Shown in pieces: positions 10,201 through 19,647 of a stretch of 64,000 nt of DNA. Numbering within the stretch: position 1 is the stretch's first letter; every line of letters begins with the position of its first letter. Made by a program: the position numbers and the translations under genes. Under the pieces are notes generated by a model. It did not search any database and was not told where the DNA came from. It was given only the letters and a program-made list of their open reading frames with translations. The stretch lies in assembly GCA_002687175.1 (NCBI GenBank), contig NYZP01000002.1, positions 1,171 to 65,170 of the forward strand, written 5' to 3'. Source of the stretch: Parcubacteria group bacterium. GTDB lineage: Bacteria; Patescibacteriota; Patescibacteriia; Buchananbacterales; UBA6539.

Positions 10201-10497
10201 AAACAGTTATTAATTATTAAGTTATATATTTAATTAATAGTATATAGTAATAGGGTGGATAAGTAGGATAACTATATAATTTACTTTAGCTAAGCAATTT
10301 TTAAGTACCTTGGTATGTTAGTCTTATGTGGACTAATCTGTCAACAAAAGCTTAATAATTTTTAGTAGTAATTTAGTGGTAACCTTGTACTCAGTTCATA
10401 CCTATTTTATCCAGCCAGTTTTGCTAAATTATTTCCCCGTATTTTGATTTCTTTTCAACACCTTTTCCAAATTATAAAAAGGTGGTTGTGGGAAACT
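10201..10497. other. oriC unwinding region (DnaA boxes, DnaA-trio-like repeats, AT-rich DUE)
   Basis: Minus strand reads TTATCCTAC-TTATCCACC-CTATTACTATATACTATTA then an AT-rich run into dnaN; further degenerate boxes (TTATCCAGC, TTTTCAACA, TTTCCCACA). Confidence 0.75.
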
Positions 10498-11853
10498 TTA
10501 ATTGTAAAGTCGCTCCTTAATCAACTTAACATCTTGGTTGATTTTCTCGTCTTCATCTAAAATTTTGGTAATTTTTAGATGAGCATGCATCGCGGTGGTG
10601 TGATCACGGTTTCCGATCTCTTGACCAATTGAGGGAAAAGAACTTTTTAATTCTACCCTCATTAAATACATGACAATTTGACGAGGCACCGCTAAATTCT
10701 TTTTTCGGCAGGAACCTAATAGGTCATCAATTTTAATATCAAAGAATTCAGCTACAATGTTAATTATTTGTTTAGGGGTTACTGATTTTTTACGCTGGGC
10801 CGAATAGATTGAAGACAAAATTTTTTTTACATTTTCTAAAATAGGTGCCGTACCATTTAATTGATGGTAGGCAATAATTTTATTTAAAGCACCTTCTAGC
10901 TCACGAACGTTGTTTTGCACATTAGTGGCGACATAAGCGATAGTTTCCTCATCAAGCTGGCAGTTCTTTTCCTTACATTTTGCTTTTAAAATAGCGGCCC
11001 TGGTTTCTAGATCTGGAGCAGAGATGTCAGCGATCATCCCCCACTCAAAACGTGAGATTAATCGACTTTCCATGGCTGGGATAGCCTTTGGTGCACGATC
11101 AGCAGTCATCACCACTTGTTTGTTGTTTTGGTGAAGGGCATTAAAGGTGTGAAAAAATTCTTCTTGAGTACTTTCTTTGCCTGCTAAAAATTGAACATCA
11201 TCAACTAACCAAACATCAGCTGAGCGATAAATATTTTTAAACTTATCAACTTTGTTAGTAGATATTGATTTTATGAAATCGTTGGTAAATTTTTCACAAG
11301 AGACATAAAGCACTCTTTTGTTAGGGGAACTTTCTAAGATTTTATTACCAATAGCCTGGGCTAAGTGAGTTTTACCAAGACCAACACCGCCATAAATAAA
11401 TAATGGGTTGTAAACTGCGCCTGGTTTCTCTGATATAGCTATGCTGGCAGCCTGAGCCAGCTCATTTCCTTTACCAATTACAAAATTATTAAACCCGTAG
11501 CGTTTATTAAGGCCAAATTCATTAATTCGGGGAGTTTCGGCAACAAATGTCTTGGCAATTTTCTCTTCAGCCTTTTTAATAATGATGTCGGCTTGATTTT
11601 TACCCTTAGTTTCCACCTGATAAGTAATAACCTTAACCTGATTATCAGTAATTTTCTGCAAGGCCTTGAGAATGGCGGAGTGGTACTTTTTTTCTAACCA
11701 GGCTTTAGTGAAAGTATTGGGTACACCAATGGTAATATTTTCACTATTGTAGGTATAGATAAAAGTATTTTTGAACCAAGTGGTAAAATTGGCTCGACTT
11801 AGGGTCAGCTCAAGCTCTCCTAGAGCTGCTTGCCAAATTTTTTGCTCCTCCAT
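10498..11853 (-). CDS. dnaA: Chromosomal replication initiator
   Basis: YNPLFIYGGVGLGKTHL, DDVQF, NVRELEGAL, RDHTT. Confidence 0.99.
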   Translation of the reverse strand: MEEQKIWQAALGELELTLSRANFTTWFKNTFIYTYNSENITIGVPNTFTKAWLEKKYHSAILKALQKITDNQVKVITYQVETKGKNQADIIIKKAEEKIAKTFVAETPRINEFGLNKRYGFNNFVIGKGNELAQAASIAISEKPGAVYNPLFIYGGVGLGKTHLAQAIGNKILESSPNKRVLYVSCEKFTNDFIKSISTNKVDKFKNIYRSADVWLVDDVQFLAGKESTQEEFFHTFNALHQNNKQVVMTADRAPKAIPAMESRLISRFEWGMIADISAPDLETRAAILKAKCKEKNCQLDEETIAYVATNVQNNVRELEGALNKIIAYHQLNGTAPILENVKKILSSIYSAQRKKSVTPKQIINIVAEFFDIKIDDLLGSCRKKNLAVPRQIVMYLMRVELKSSFPSIGQEIGNRDHTTAMHAHLKITKILDEDEKINQDVKLIKERLYN

Positions 11854-11939
11854 AAGTTTATGAGATGTTTATCGCATTGTCCCGCAAAAAGCGGGACGAT
11901 GAAGTAGTTTAAATTTAGTGACCACCCTATTATAGCACA

Positions 11940-12010
11940 ATGAGGTTATCCCCAAAACAGCTTTTAGTTAAATAAAATGTTAATAAATTGTTGATGAAGT
12001 GTGTATAATA
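11940..12010. promoter_or_regulatory. DnaA-box cluster upstream of dnaA
   Basis: TGTGTATAA at 12000-12008 (= TTATACACA), plus TTATCCCCA, TGTTAATAA, TGTTGATGA. Confidence 0.65.
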
Positions 12011-12092
12011 ATTTAACCCTTTTCTATATTTTGGTCAAGACCTTTGACTAAAGGATTGAAGCCTGATATCATATATTAGTAATTGCTAATAT

Positions 12093-12230
12093 ATGCCAAA
12101 AAGAACTTATCAACCAAAAAAACGTAAGCAAAAAAGAAAGCACGGCTTTATGGCGCGCTCTTCTAGCGTTGGTGGTAAAAATATTTTAAAACGCCGAAGA
12201 CAAAAGAAGCGAACTAAGTTATCAGCTTAA
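12093..12230 (+). CDS. rpmH: 50S ribosomal protein L34 (not in ORF track)
   Basis: Manual translation [45 protein letters not shown]. Confidence 0.97.
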   Translation: MPKRTYQPKKRKQKRKHGFMARSSSVGGKNILKRRRQKKRTKLSA

Positions 12231-12231
12231 T

Positions 12232-12573
12232 ATGTTGCCGGCTAGCAAGCGTCTAACCAAAGACAAGGATATAAAAAGAGTTAATAAAGCTGGACAGTCA
12301 TATTTTTCTCCACTTTTCAAACTAAAATACCTTGCCAATGATAAAAGTTTAAGCCGCTTTACGGTAGTGGTTTCTAATAAGGTTAGTAAGAAAGCTGTTT
12401 TGCGGAATCGTTTAAGACGACAGCTTAGAGAAATAATTAGGTTAAATTTAAAGAAAATTAAATCTGGCCATGACATTATCGTCTCTGTCAAAAGCCAATC
12501 ATTAGGCAAGACTTATCAGGATTTAGAAAATAGCCTTAACCTAGCTTTAAAAAAATCTAAATTATTAAAATGA
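12232..12573 (+). CDS. rnpA: RNase P protein component
   Basis: [17 protein letters not shown] motif; synteny. Confidence 0.96.
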   Translation: MLPASKRLTKDKDIKRVNKAGQSYFSPLFKLKYLANDKSLSRFTVVVSNKVSKKAVLRNRLRRQLREIIRLNLKKIKSGHDIIVSVKSQSLGKTYQDLENSLNLALKKSKLLK

Positions 12574-12824
12574 TTAAAATATTTAATCCCGCTAAACTTC
12601 TCGTCCTTAAATTAATAAGGATTTATCAAAAGACAATGTCTTTTGACCATGGTGCCATGAGGCACTTTTTTCCTTATGGCTATTGTCGTTTTTATCCAAC
12701 CTGTTCTGAGTACGGACATCAAGCAGTCTCCAAGTACGGAGTCATTAAAGGTGGGTTAATTACTGCTTGGCGAATTTTACGGTGTAATCCTTGGAATAGC
12801 GGTGGCCACGACGAAGTATTATAA
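12570..12824 (+). CDS. yidD: Membrane protein insertion efficiency factor
   Basis: [18 protein letters not shown]. Confidence 0.96.
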   Translation: MIKIFNPAKLLVLKLIRIYQKTMSFDHGAMRHFFPYGYCRFYPTCSEYGHQAVSKYGVIKGGLITAWRILRCNPWNSGGHDEVL

Positions 12825-13328
12825 TGCTAATTACAAATGTATGCGAATGCTGCGAATGGTACTAATAAACTGATTTACAATATAGTCAACATGGCGTTAA
12901 CTACTCATAAATGCTATGTTGCAAAAAGTAATCTATCCTGAGTTATCCTATCAAATTATTGGCACCTGTTTTCAAGTACATAATGAGCTGGGTCGCTTTT
13001 GTAAGGAAAAGCAATATGCTGATAGATTAGAACAATTATTGAGAGCTAATCAGCTAAGGTATAGCCGAGAAATAAAAATACCATTTGAATTTAGTGAAGG
13101 ACAAGTTGGTGGTAATATAGCCGACTTCTTAATAGCTAATAAAATAATTTTAGAATGTAAAGCTAAAAAATTTGTTACTAAAGATGACTATCATCAGGTG
13201 CAAAGGTACCTGAAAGCGACAAAAATAAAATTGGGTTTAATTGTAAATTTTAGAACTGTCTATTTAAGTCCAAAGAGAGTCATTAATTATTATTTGTAGT
13301 ATTCGTATAAATTCGTAAATTAGTATTA
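12822..13328 (+). mobile_element. Inverted-repeat-bounded element carrying the GxxExxY gene
   Basis: Arms 12822-12858 and 13291-13328 are imperfect reverse complements; interrupts the conserved yidD-yidC adjacency. Confidence 0.6.
12916..13299 (+). CDS. GxxExxY protein (PD-(D/E)xK-like)
   Basis: VHNELGRFCKEKQY, ADFLI, IILECKA, QVQRYL, LGLIVNF. Confidence 0.92.
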   Translation: MLQKVIYPELSYQIIGTCFQVHNELGRFCKEKQYADRLEQLLRANQLRYSREIKIPFEFSEGQVGGNIADFLIANKIILECKAKKFVTKDDYHQVQRYLKATKIKLGLIVNFRTVYLSPKRVINYYL

Positions 13329-13335
13329 TATTTTT

Positions 13336-14106
13336 ATGATTGAGCTATTTAACACATTTCTGGTAGTACCATTACTTAACCTTCTAGTATTTTTTTATAA
13401 TGTTATTCCAGGCCAAGATCTAGGAGTAGCGATTATTTTTTTAACCGTGGCCATTAAATTAGCTTTATATCCCCTGTCTCATCAATCAATCAAGTCACAA
13501 AAAGCTCTTCAGGATCTTCAGCCTAAAATGGAAGCGATAAAGAAACAGTTTAAGAATGACAAGGAAAGGCTGGCCAAAGAAATGATGGCGCTGTATAAAT
13601 CGGAAAAGGTTAATCCCCTATCTTCCTGTTTACCACTTTTAATTCAGTTACCTTTCTTGATCGCGGTGTTTCATGTATTTCGTACCGGAGTTGATTCAGC
13701 CAGCCTGGACTTACTATATTCATTCGTCGCAAATCCGGGAGAGTTAAATCCAATCGCTTTTGGTTTTTTAAATTTATCTAATCCTAATATAGTTCTGGCA
13801 GCTTTAACCGGTGGAGCTCAATTTTGGCAAACTAAGATGCTAATGTCTAAACGACAGCCAAAAGTCCCCGGGGCCAAGGATGAAGACATGATGGCAACCA
13901 TGAACAAACAGATGCTTTATTTTATGCCAATCATTACAGTAGTGATTGGGGCAACACTGCCAGCCGCCCTAATCTTATACTGGTTACTGACAACTGTTTT
14001 AACGGTGGCACAACAAAAATTGATGTTTTCCAAGAAGGGACAGAAGGAGAAAGACGATAATCAAGTAGAAATAATTGATAAACCTAATGAGAATCCTCAG
14101 CAGTGA
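13336..14106 (+). CDS. yidC: Membrane protein insertase YidC/Oxa1
   Basis: LQPKMEAIKK, NPLSSCLPLLIQLPFL, LYW. Confidence 0.96.
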   Translation: MIELFNTFLVVPLLNLLVFFYNVIPGQDLGVAIIFLTVAIKLALYPLSHQSIKSQKALQDLQPKMEAIKKQFKNDKERLAKEMMALYKSEKVNPLSSCLPLLIQLPFLIAVFHVFRTGVDSASLDLLYSFVANPGELNPIAFGFLNLSNPNIVLAALTGGAQFWQTKMLMSKRQPKVPGAKDEDMMATMNKQMLYFMPIITVVIGATLPAALILYWLLTTVLTVAQQKLMFSKKGQKEKDDNQVEIIDKPNENPQQ

Positions 14107-14371
14107 ATTAATCAATTTGCCAGTGTATGCCCAAAATGGACAAAATTTGGGTAGAATAGATTCTTTTGAGGTTGACGTTGATGCTCACACCATCTTACGT
14201 TATCATATTAAAACAGGCTTGATTAAGGGCTTATGGCATGAACAGTTAGTGGTTGCTCAAAGCCAAGTTATCTCTATTTCAAAAACTAAAATGGTGGTAA
14301 AGGACGGAGTTATTAAAAAACCGGCCCTTAGTCTTAAAAAGGCGAGGTTGGCATCTCCGGCTACTAAGTAA
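14087..14371 (+). CDS. PRC-barrel domain protein
   Basis: SELINLPVY...GQNLGRIDSFEVD pattern; ATG at 14087. Confidence 0.8.
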   Translation: MRILSSELINLPVYAQNGQNLGRIDSFEVDVDAHTILRYHIKTGLIKGLWHEQLVVAQSQVISISKTKMVVKDGVIKKPALSLKKARLASPATK

Positions 14372-14435
14372 CAGTTTACAAACAAAAAAGCCGAGACATT
14401 GAATTGTCTCGGCTTTTTCTATTCAGTTTTATGGG

Positions 14436-15200
14436 TTAAAACATTCGATTCTTGCCGACTATTACCCTTAATTTTTTAGGAACGATTTCAATTTTAACCG
14501 GAGTTTTTAGAATTTTTTGTCCATCGGTGACTACTGGCAATGAGTCTCTACTTCGTATGGAGATTTTTTTAAAAGGGATGACACTACTGTTGGCCGAAGT
14601 TGTTTTTTTAAATATTTGTGAAAAGCCAGAGGCTAGGGGTTTAATCAGAATTTCCAGTAGACCATCTTGGGGGTTGAAATAACTGCCCTGGCCTGGCGCG
14701 GCCACTAACAATGGACGGAGATTGCAAATACTAATTTCATTATGGTTCTGCGGAGTAACTTTAAATTTATCTTCACACTCGATAGTTACTTGCCCGCCAG
14801 AAACTGTTATGCTGGACAGAAAATAAGTATTATTAACTTTGCCCAAGTCAATTTTTTCAATAATTCTGGCCGCTAAAACGTTGCAGGCATCCTCTTGGGA
14901 TGGAATACCCAGTATGGTGGCTATTTTATTTTCTGCCCCGACTGGAATATAACCAACAGCGGTATTAAACTGCGCAGCCAGATTGATGATCTGACTAAAT
15001 GTTTTGTCATTGCCTACTACCACTATAGTTTTAATACCGTTTCTCACCTCTTCAGTTAATAGCTCGCCAATGTTTCTTAATGGCGACAGGCGAAATATTT
15101 TGCCACCAATACCAAGATCAGTTAATCTGGTTTCTATTTTAGCCAGAAAGCTGTTGTATTTTTTATTATTTAAAAAGGAGTCGTAAAGATGCAAGTACAT
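14436..15200 (-). CDS. Diacylglycerol-kinase-like family protein
   Basis: VVVGNDKTF, GYIPVG..NKIA..LGI, IDLGKVN, DGLLEI. Confidence 0.8.
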   Translation of the reverse strand: MYLHLYDSFLNNKKYNSFLAKIETRLTDLGIGGKIFRLSPLRNIGELLTEEVRNGIKTIVVVGNDKTFSQIINLAAQFNTAVGYIPVGAENKIATILGIPSQEDACNVLAARIIEKIDLGKVNNTYFLSSITVSGGQVTIECEDKFKVTPQNHNEISICNLRPLLVAAPGQGSYFNPQDGLLEILIKPLASGFSQIFKKTTSANSSVIPFKKISIRSRDSLPVVTDGQKILKTPVKIEIVPKKLRVIVGKNRMF

Positions 15201-15222
15201 AAGATTTTTATATCACTAGAGG

Positions 15223-15657
15223 CTATTTTACTTTTACGGGAGTACTAATTGGAATTTCTTTAATTTTTTGCTTAACGATTTTTTCTTTATCATCAATTTT
15301 TTCCAATTTAGTTTTTTTGTCTTCGCCAGCAATGCATTTACCATTAACGCTGGCTCCTGGCGCTATGGTTAAAGTTTTGGTTTTAATATCACCAAATACC
15401 CTGGCCGTATTAGTCAGCTCTAGACTCTCTTTTATCTTTACGTTGCCTTGGATTTCTCCAGCGACCATGGCGTTAGTCGCCGAGATCTTGGCGTATACTT
15501 TAGCGTCCTTACCGATATGTAAATTTTTCTCGGTTTTAATGCTTCCCGACACTACCCCCTCAACGATGATATCTCCATTAGCCACGAAGTTACCCTCGAC
15601 ATGTACTGAGGGACCTATCATTGTTTCGACGCTATCGCCTTCTTTTTCTTTAAACAT
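15223..15657 (-). CDS. Bactofilin (polymer-forming cytoskeletal protein)
   Basis: ETMIGPSVHVEG...IIVEGVVSGSI...VFGDIKTKTLTIAPGA beta-helix pattern. Confidence 0.9.
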   Translation of the reverse strand: MFKEKEGDSVETMIGPSVHVEGNFVANGDIIVEGVVSGSIKTEKNLHIGKDAKVYAKISATNAMVAGEIQGNVKIKESLELTNTARVFGDIKTKTLTIAPGASVNGKCIAGEDKKTKLEKIDDKEKIVKQKIKEIPISTPVKVK

Positions 15658-15799
15658 AGTTTTTAGGTTATTTTTAAAATATTTGTTTATTTACTTTTCT
15701 ATTTTAGTTTCTTTTATGGTAATTGTCAAAGCCTTGATTTTTTGAGATTAATCTGCTAGACTAGATTAATCAATAAAATTAAATCACCATTAATATTCT

Positions 15800-16069
15800 A
15801 TGCCAATAAAAAAGTCAGCTTTTAAAGCCCTGACTCAATCGAATAAAAAACAGCAACTGAACAAAAAGGTTAAAAGTGACCTGTCGGCTTTGGTTAGAAA
15901 AGTTCGTAAATCAGTTGATGCCAAGGACAGTGCTAAAGCCGCAGACTGGCTAAAGCAAACGGTAAAGAAGATTGATCGAGCTGCTCAAAAAGGGATTATT
16001 AAAAAAAATACCGCTGCTCGGAAAAAATCTAGATTATCCAAGGTGGTTAATAATTTAGCAAAAAAGTAA
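15800..16069 (+). CDS. rpsT: 30S ribosomal protein S20
   Basis: MPIKKSAFK, IDRAAQKGIIKKNTAARKKSRL. Confidence 0.97.
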   Translation: MPIKKSAFKALTQSNKKQQLNKKVKSDLSALVRKVRKSVDAKDSAKAADWLKQTVKKIDRAAQKGIIKKNTAARKKSRLSKVVNNLAKK

Positions 16070-16101
16070 ACCAGTGGCAACAGGGCGTTGTCCTGCCTCC
16101 C

Positions 16102-17097
16102 CTACTGTTTTATAACAAGCAAGTCAAATAACACCTCAGGATTAGTTTGACTTGTTTTTATTTTATAATCAATGGTCATCAAGTGATGATAAATTTTTTT
16201 CAGGTCGGCGACTTGATGGTTTCTGACCTGGGCAACAGTTTTTTTAATAACAAAAGGATGTAGGCCTAATTGATAGGTTAATCTGTTGGAGACATAGCCA
16301 CTACCGTTCTCTTCAACAAAATTTTTGACTAAAAGTAGATTTTTGAACTGCCAAATAATTTTAGATAGTAGCTCGGTTGGACTGGTACCGCTCTTCAGCT
16401 GGTCAGATATCAATTTTAAGGCCAGATGTTTATTTTTTTGGCCCAAGGCTTCGGTCAATCTAAAAATATCATCATCAAGCTTAGTTTTAACTAACTGCTC
16501 AACATCCTCTACGGTAATTTGTTTGTCTGGTGAGTAGGCTATCAGTTTATTGATCTCCGAATTCATCTGCCACAAGTTATTGCCCACTAGATCAGTAAGT
16601 AGTCTGGCGGCTCGTGGTTCAATTTCTCCGCCTCGGCTTTGAATTTCATTTGCCGTAAAACGATAAACCTCGGTTTCATCAAGTAGCTTAAACTCTTGGG
16701 CAAATTTTTCTTTTTGTAGTCGAGCTAAAAGCAGACCACTGCTTTTAGTACCAGCCTTGGACCTAGCTTTTTTGGTCTTGTCATTACCCAGCCCCCCTTC
16801 CCAAAAAACAATAACAGTATCCTTTGAACCATCTTTGTCCAAGACCTCCAGGACTTCTTCCTGGATTTTTTTCTTTTTGTTTTTGGAAATTAAGTCCTCC
16901 ACTATTATTAACCGTTTTTTGGCTAAAAATGGTGGAGCGGCGACTGATGTAGCAAATTGAGCAGTATCCAGTTTTGGACCATCAAGCGTTTCAATATTTA
17001 AAGCTGACTTATCAATATCAGCAATAAATTTGCCCTTAATGGCTTTAAGTTTTTGTCGTGATCTAAAGGTATCAGGGCCGTAAAGAAAGATAATCAT
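16102..17097 (-). CDS. holA: DNA polymerase III delta subunit
   Basis: IIFLYGPD, PFLAKKRLII, EINKL, HPFVIKK, DYKIKT; next to rpsT. Confidence 0.92.
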   Translation of the reverse strand: MIIFLYGPDTFRSRQKLKAIKGKFIADIDKSALNIETLDGPKLDTAQFATSVAAPPFLAKKRLIIVEDLISKNKKKKIQEEVLEVLDKDGSKDTVIVFWEGGLGNDKTKKARSKAGTKSSGLLLARLQKEKFAQEFKLLDETEVYRFTANEIQSRGGEIEPRAARLLTDLVGNNLWQMNSEINKLIAYSPDKQITVEDVEQLVKTKLDDDIFRLTEALGQKNKHLALKLISDQLKSGTSPTELLSKIIWQFKNLLLVKNFVEENGSGYVSNRLTYQLGLHPFVIKKTVAQVRNHQVADLKKIYHHLMTIDYKIKTSQTNPEVLFDLLVIKQ

Positions 17098-17184
17098 AGT
17101 AGATCTATTTTAGCAAAATTTATTATAAAATTACAGGGTAACTAATTTTGGCTAGTAATTGATTAATGGTAAAATGATTGTATT

Positions 17185-18597
17185 ATGACAGATTTAATAA
17201 AGTTATATACCGATGAGCAGGATAAACTGAAAAAATACCAGGAAAAAGATCCTGGTCTGGTAACCCCTCAAAGGAATTTTAGTTATCAAGAGATTTTAAG
17301 TTATATTGGCATTAATGTTGATTTTGGTTTTTTACCCCAGGGGTATCTTAATTTTTATCATCAAGATTTTATAGTTGAAGAGGTTGATAGTAAAGGTGAG
17401 GCAATTACCATTGAGCCAGGCAGTCTTGATTTAGTTACTGCTAAACCAGGTGATAAAACATTATATGCCCAGATGGTTAAGGTTGGCCTGTCAACCCTGG
17501 AAGCCAGAGAAAATTTAGCTCAAGCTTTAGGGGTACCCGTTAAACAGATCAATTATGGCGGAATTAAAGACAAGGTAGCTATTACCTCCCAGCAGATTTC
17601 TCTGAGGGGTATAAACCCAGAAAAAGGTGAGGAGATAGTTAAAGGACTTAAAGTTTCAGGTCTTTATTTAAAAAATTTATCCTGGGGCAAAGGTATTATC
17701 GAAAAAGGTAAAATTAGAGGTAATCGGTTTATCATTACGGTGAGAACGCCATCAACTCTTGGTCAAGGTTGGCTTGATCAAGCTCTAGATCGAGTTAAAG
17801 ACGGGTTTAATAATTTTTATTATTTGCAACGTTTTGGTTCTCCTCGGTTATTAAGCCATACCTTAGGTAAGCTGATCCTTCAGCAAGAATATGAAGCGGT
17901 GGTTAAAACTTTTTTAACAAGCACCGGAGTGCAAGATGTGCCACTGTTAAGCCGTATCAGAGAACAAGCAGTTAATGATTTTGGCAATTGGCAAAAGTTA
18001 GAAGAACTGTTCTCTGAATTACCCTATACTTTTCGTTTAGAATTAGGCTTGATCAGATATTTAGCCAAGAAGCCCGATGATTATTTAGGGGCCTTGAAAA
18101 GTATTGAGGACCAAACAACCTTATGGGTTTATGCCTATGCCAGTTATTTATTTAATCTGCATTTATCCAGCTCAGTTACTAAGGGAGAAACTTTGGTAGC
18201 AGAATTGCCCTTATTATTAAATCCTCAGCATACGGCGATCAAAACTTACGCTCAGAAATTAAGTGAGGACAATATTTTGGATCTAAAGAAATCAGCCCAG
18301 GCCTTTTTTGGTCGTGATGTTTTACATCAGAAAAATGTGTGTTTAACCAAGGTACCAGTTAAAGTTATTAATACTAAAATTATTGAAAAAGGAGTGGTCA
18401 TTGCTTTTGAGTTACCAGTTGGTGCTTATGCCACCACCTTTTTAACTCATTTATTTTCCCTTTATCGAGGATTGCCAATTCCCGAGTGGTTGGACAAGAC
18501 TAAGCATGACGGTAAAAAAATATTAAACCTTGGTTCAGTGGCACCAGTTGAAGAAGTTTTAGGAGAATACATATTTAGTCAGGACAAAGGCCAATAA
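17185..18597 (+). CDS. truD: tRNA pseudouridine(13) synthase family
   Basis: DFIVEE, GIKDKVAITSQ, GNRFIIT, NFYYLQRFG, FELPVGAYAT. Confidence 0.9.
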   Translation: MTDLIKLYTDEQDKLKKYQEKDPGLVTPQRNFSYQEILSYIGINVDFGFLPQGYLNFYHQDFIVEEVDSKGEAITIEPGSLDLVTAKPGDKTLYAQMVKVGLSTLEARENLAQALGVPVKQINYGGIKDKVAITSQQISLRGINPEKGEEIVKGLKVSGLYLKNLSWGKGIIEKGKIRGNRFIITVRTPSTLGQGWLDQALDRVKDGFNNFYYLQRFGSPRLLSHTLGKLILQQEYEAVVKTFLTSTGVQDVPLLSRIREQAVNDFGNWQKLEELFSELPYTFRLELGLIRYLAKKPDDYLGALKSIEDQTTLWVYAYASYLFNLHLSSSVTKGETLVAELPLLLNPQHTAIKTYAQKLSEDNILDLKKSAQAFFGRDVLHQKNVCLTKVPVKVINTKIIEKGVVIAFELPVGAYATTFLTHLFSLYRGLPIPEWLDKTKHDGKKILNLGSVAPVEEVLGEYIFSQDKGQ

Positions 18598-18678
18598 AAA
18601 TTTTATAATTTATTTTTTACAAAGAGAAGAGCCGACCTACAACATTGTTGCAAGTCGGCTCTTTTTGTTCTTTTCGGG

Positions 18679-19368
18679 TTATTCGGTCTCGTTTTCTTCG
18701 TCTTCAGAGACCGAGGTTTCCACGGCAATTGCCTTGAGGGTTTTGTCCCTCACTACGATCGCGTTTTGAGGAGTGTCGTAACACTGCTCCTTGTCATTCC
18801 AGCTACGGCCAACCATGTTGACTGTCGCACAGCCGTCGGGGTTGTTCCAGACGTGGCAGTACTTCCATGTCGTGTTGGCCAATTCGCGGAGCGCTTCAAC
18901 CGTTTTTCGCAGCAGTTTCGGAATTTTTTCCGAAGGCTCAACTGCCCGATAGGTCAGACAAACCACGAATTTCGGTTTCGGCGAATGCGATTGGCCGGCC
19001 CGTTTGTTAGGCTGATGCCTAAACCAATGGGCGTCGGCGATGACGAAATCATTGTTGGCAAAACCGCTTCGCAGGGCCGCGACCTGGACGTTGAGGAGAT
19101 TGTCAATGACATGTTCTCCCGAGTCCACTCGCTCTTCACGCTTTCTGCTAACCTGAGCCTTCTCCGCCATTCCGTTAACCGCGGCCCAAATGGCGTGTTG
19201 GGAATCAACTTCCTTGTCGCCTTCCCTGGCCTTTTCCGGAATGCCGGCCGGGATGTGCTTGGGGTTAGTGAAGTTAAACTTCACTAGGACACGGTCGGGC
19301 GCTCCTTTGACTGCGCTAAGGCTTACCGTTCCGGTTCCTTCATCCTGCTGCATGGCTGTCGCCTCCAT
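18679..19368 (-). CDS. Hypothetical protein (GC-richer than surroundings)
   Basis: 229-aa ORF with AAGGAG upstream, TTGACA-17-TATTCT promoter candidate near 19543 and a downstream terminator. Confidence 0.75.
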   Translation of the reverse strand: MEATAMQQDEGTGTVSLSAVKGAPDRVLVKFNFTNPKHIPAGIPEKAREGDKEVDSQHAIWAAVNGMAEKAQVSRKREERVDSGEHVIDNLLNVQVAALRSGFANNDFVIADAHWFRHQPNKRAGQSHSPKPKFVVCLTYRAVEPSEKIPKLLRKTVEALRELANTTWKYCHVWNNPDGCATVNMVGRSWNDKEQCYDTPQNAIVVRDKTLKAIAVETSVSEDEENETE

Positions 19369-19647
19369 TTCAGATCTCCTTCGTTGTTTTTCAGTAATGG
19401 TTGGATTTTGAGTTTTCCGTGAACCACAGTAACTAACACATTTTTAGCACAAAAATTGAATTACCTGCCAAAAATGTGTTAGTTAAGTAAGATAAATTTT
19501 AACGAACAATACATTAGAATAGCATATTCTGGTAATTTTGTCAATCCCCCCACCTTTTAGTTAAAAGGTGGGGGACTAAAAAAATAGCTAGAATTAGCTA
19601 TTTTTAATACTTAGGCTAGAGGTATTTTTATTGGATAATTAGATTGG

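Noticed and set aside
11876-11901. GC hairpin in the dnaA leader (also 19545-19576 and 1257-1280)
   Set aside because: Single hairpins with no second copy in the window; cannot be told apart from terminators or isolated palindromes.
18753-19411. Several overlapping alternative-frame ORFs
   Set aside because: Expected in a GC-richer gene; only 18679-19368 has an SD, promoter and terminator.
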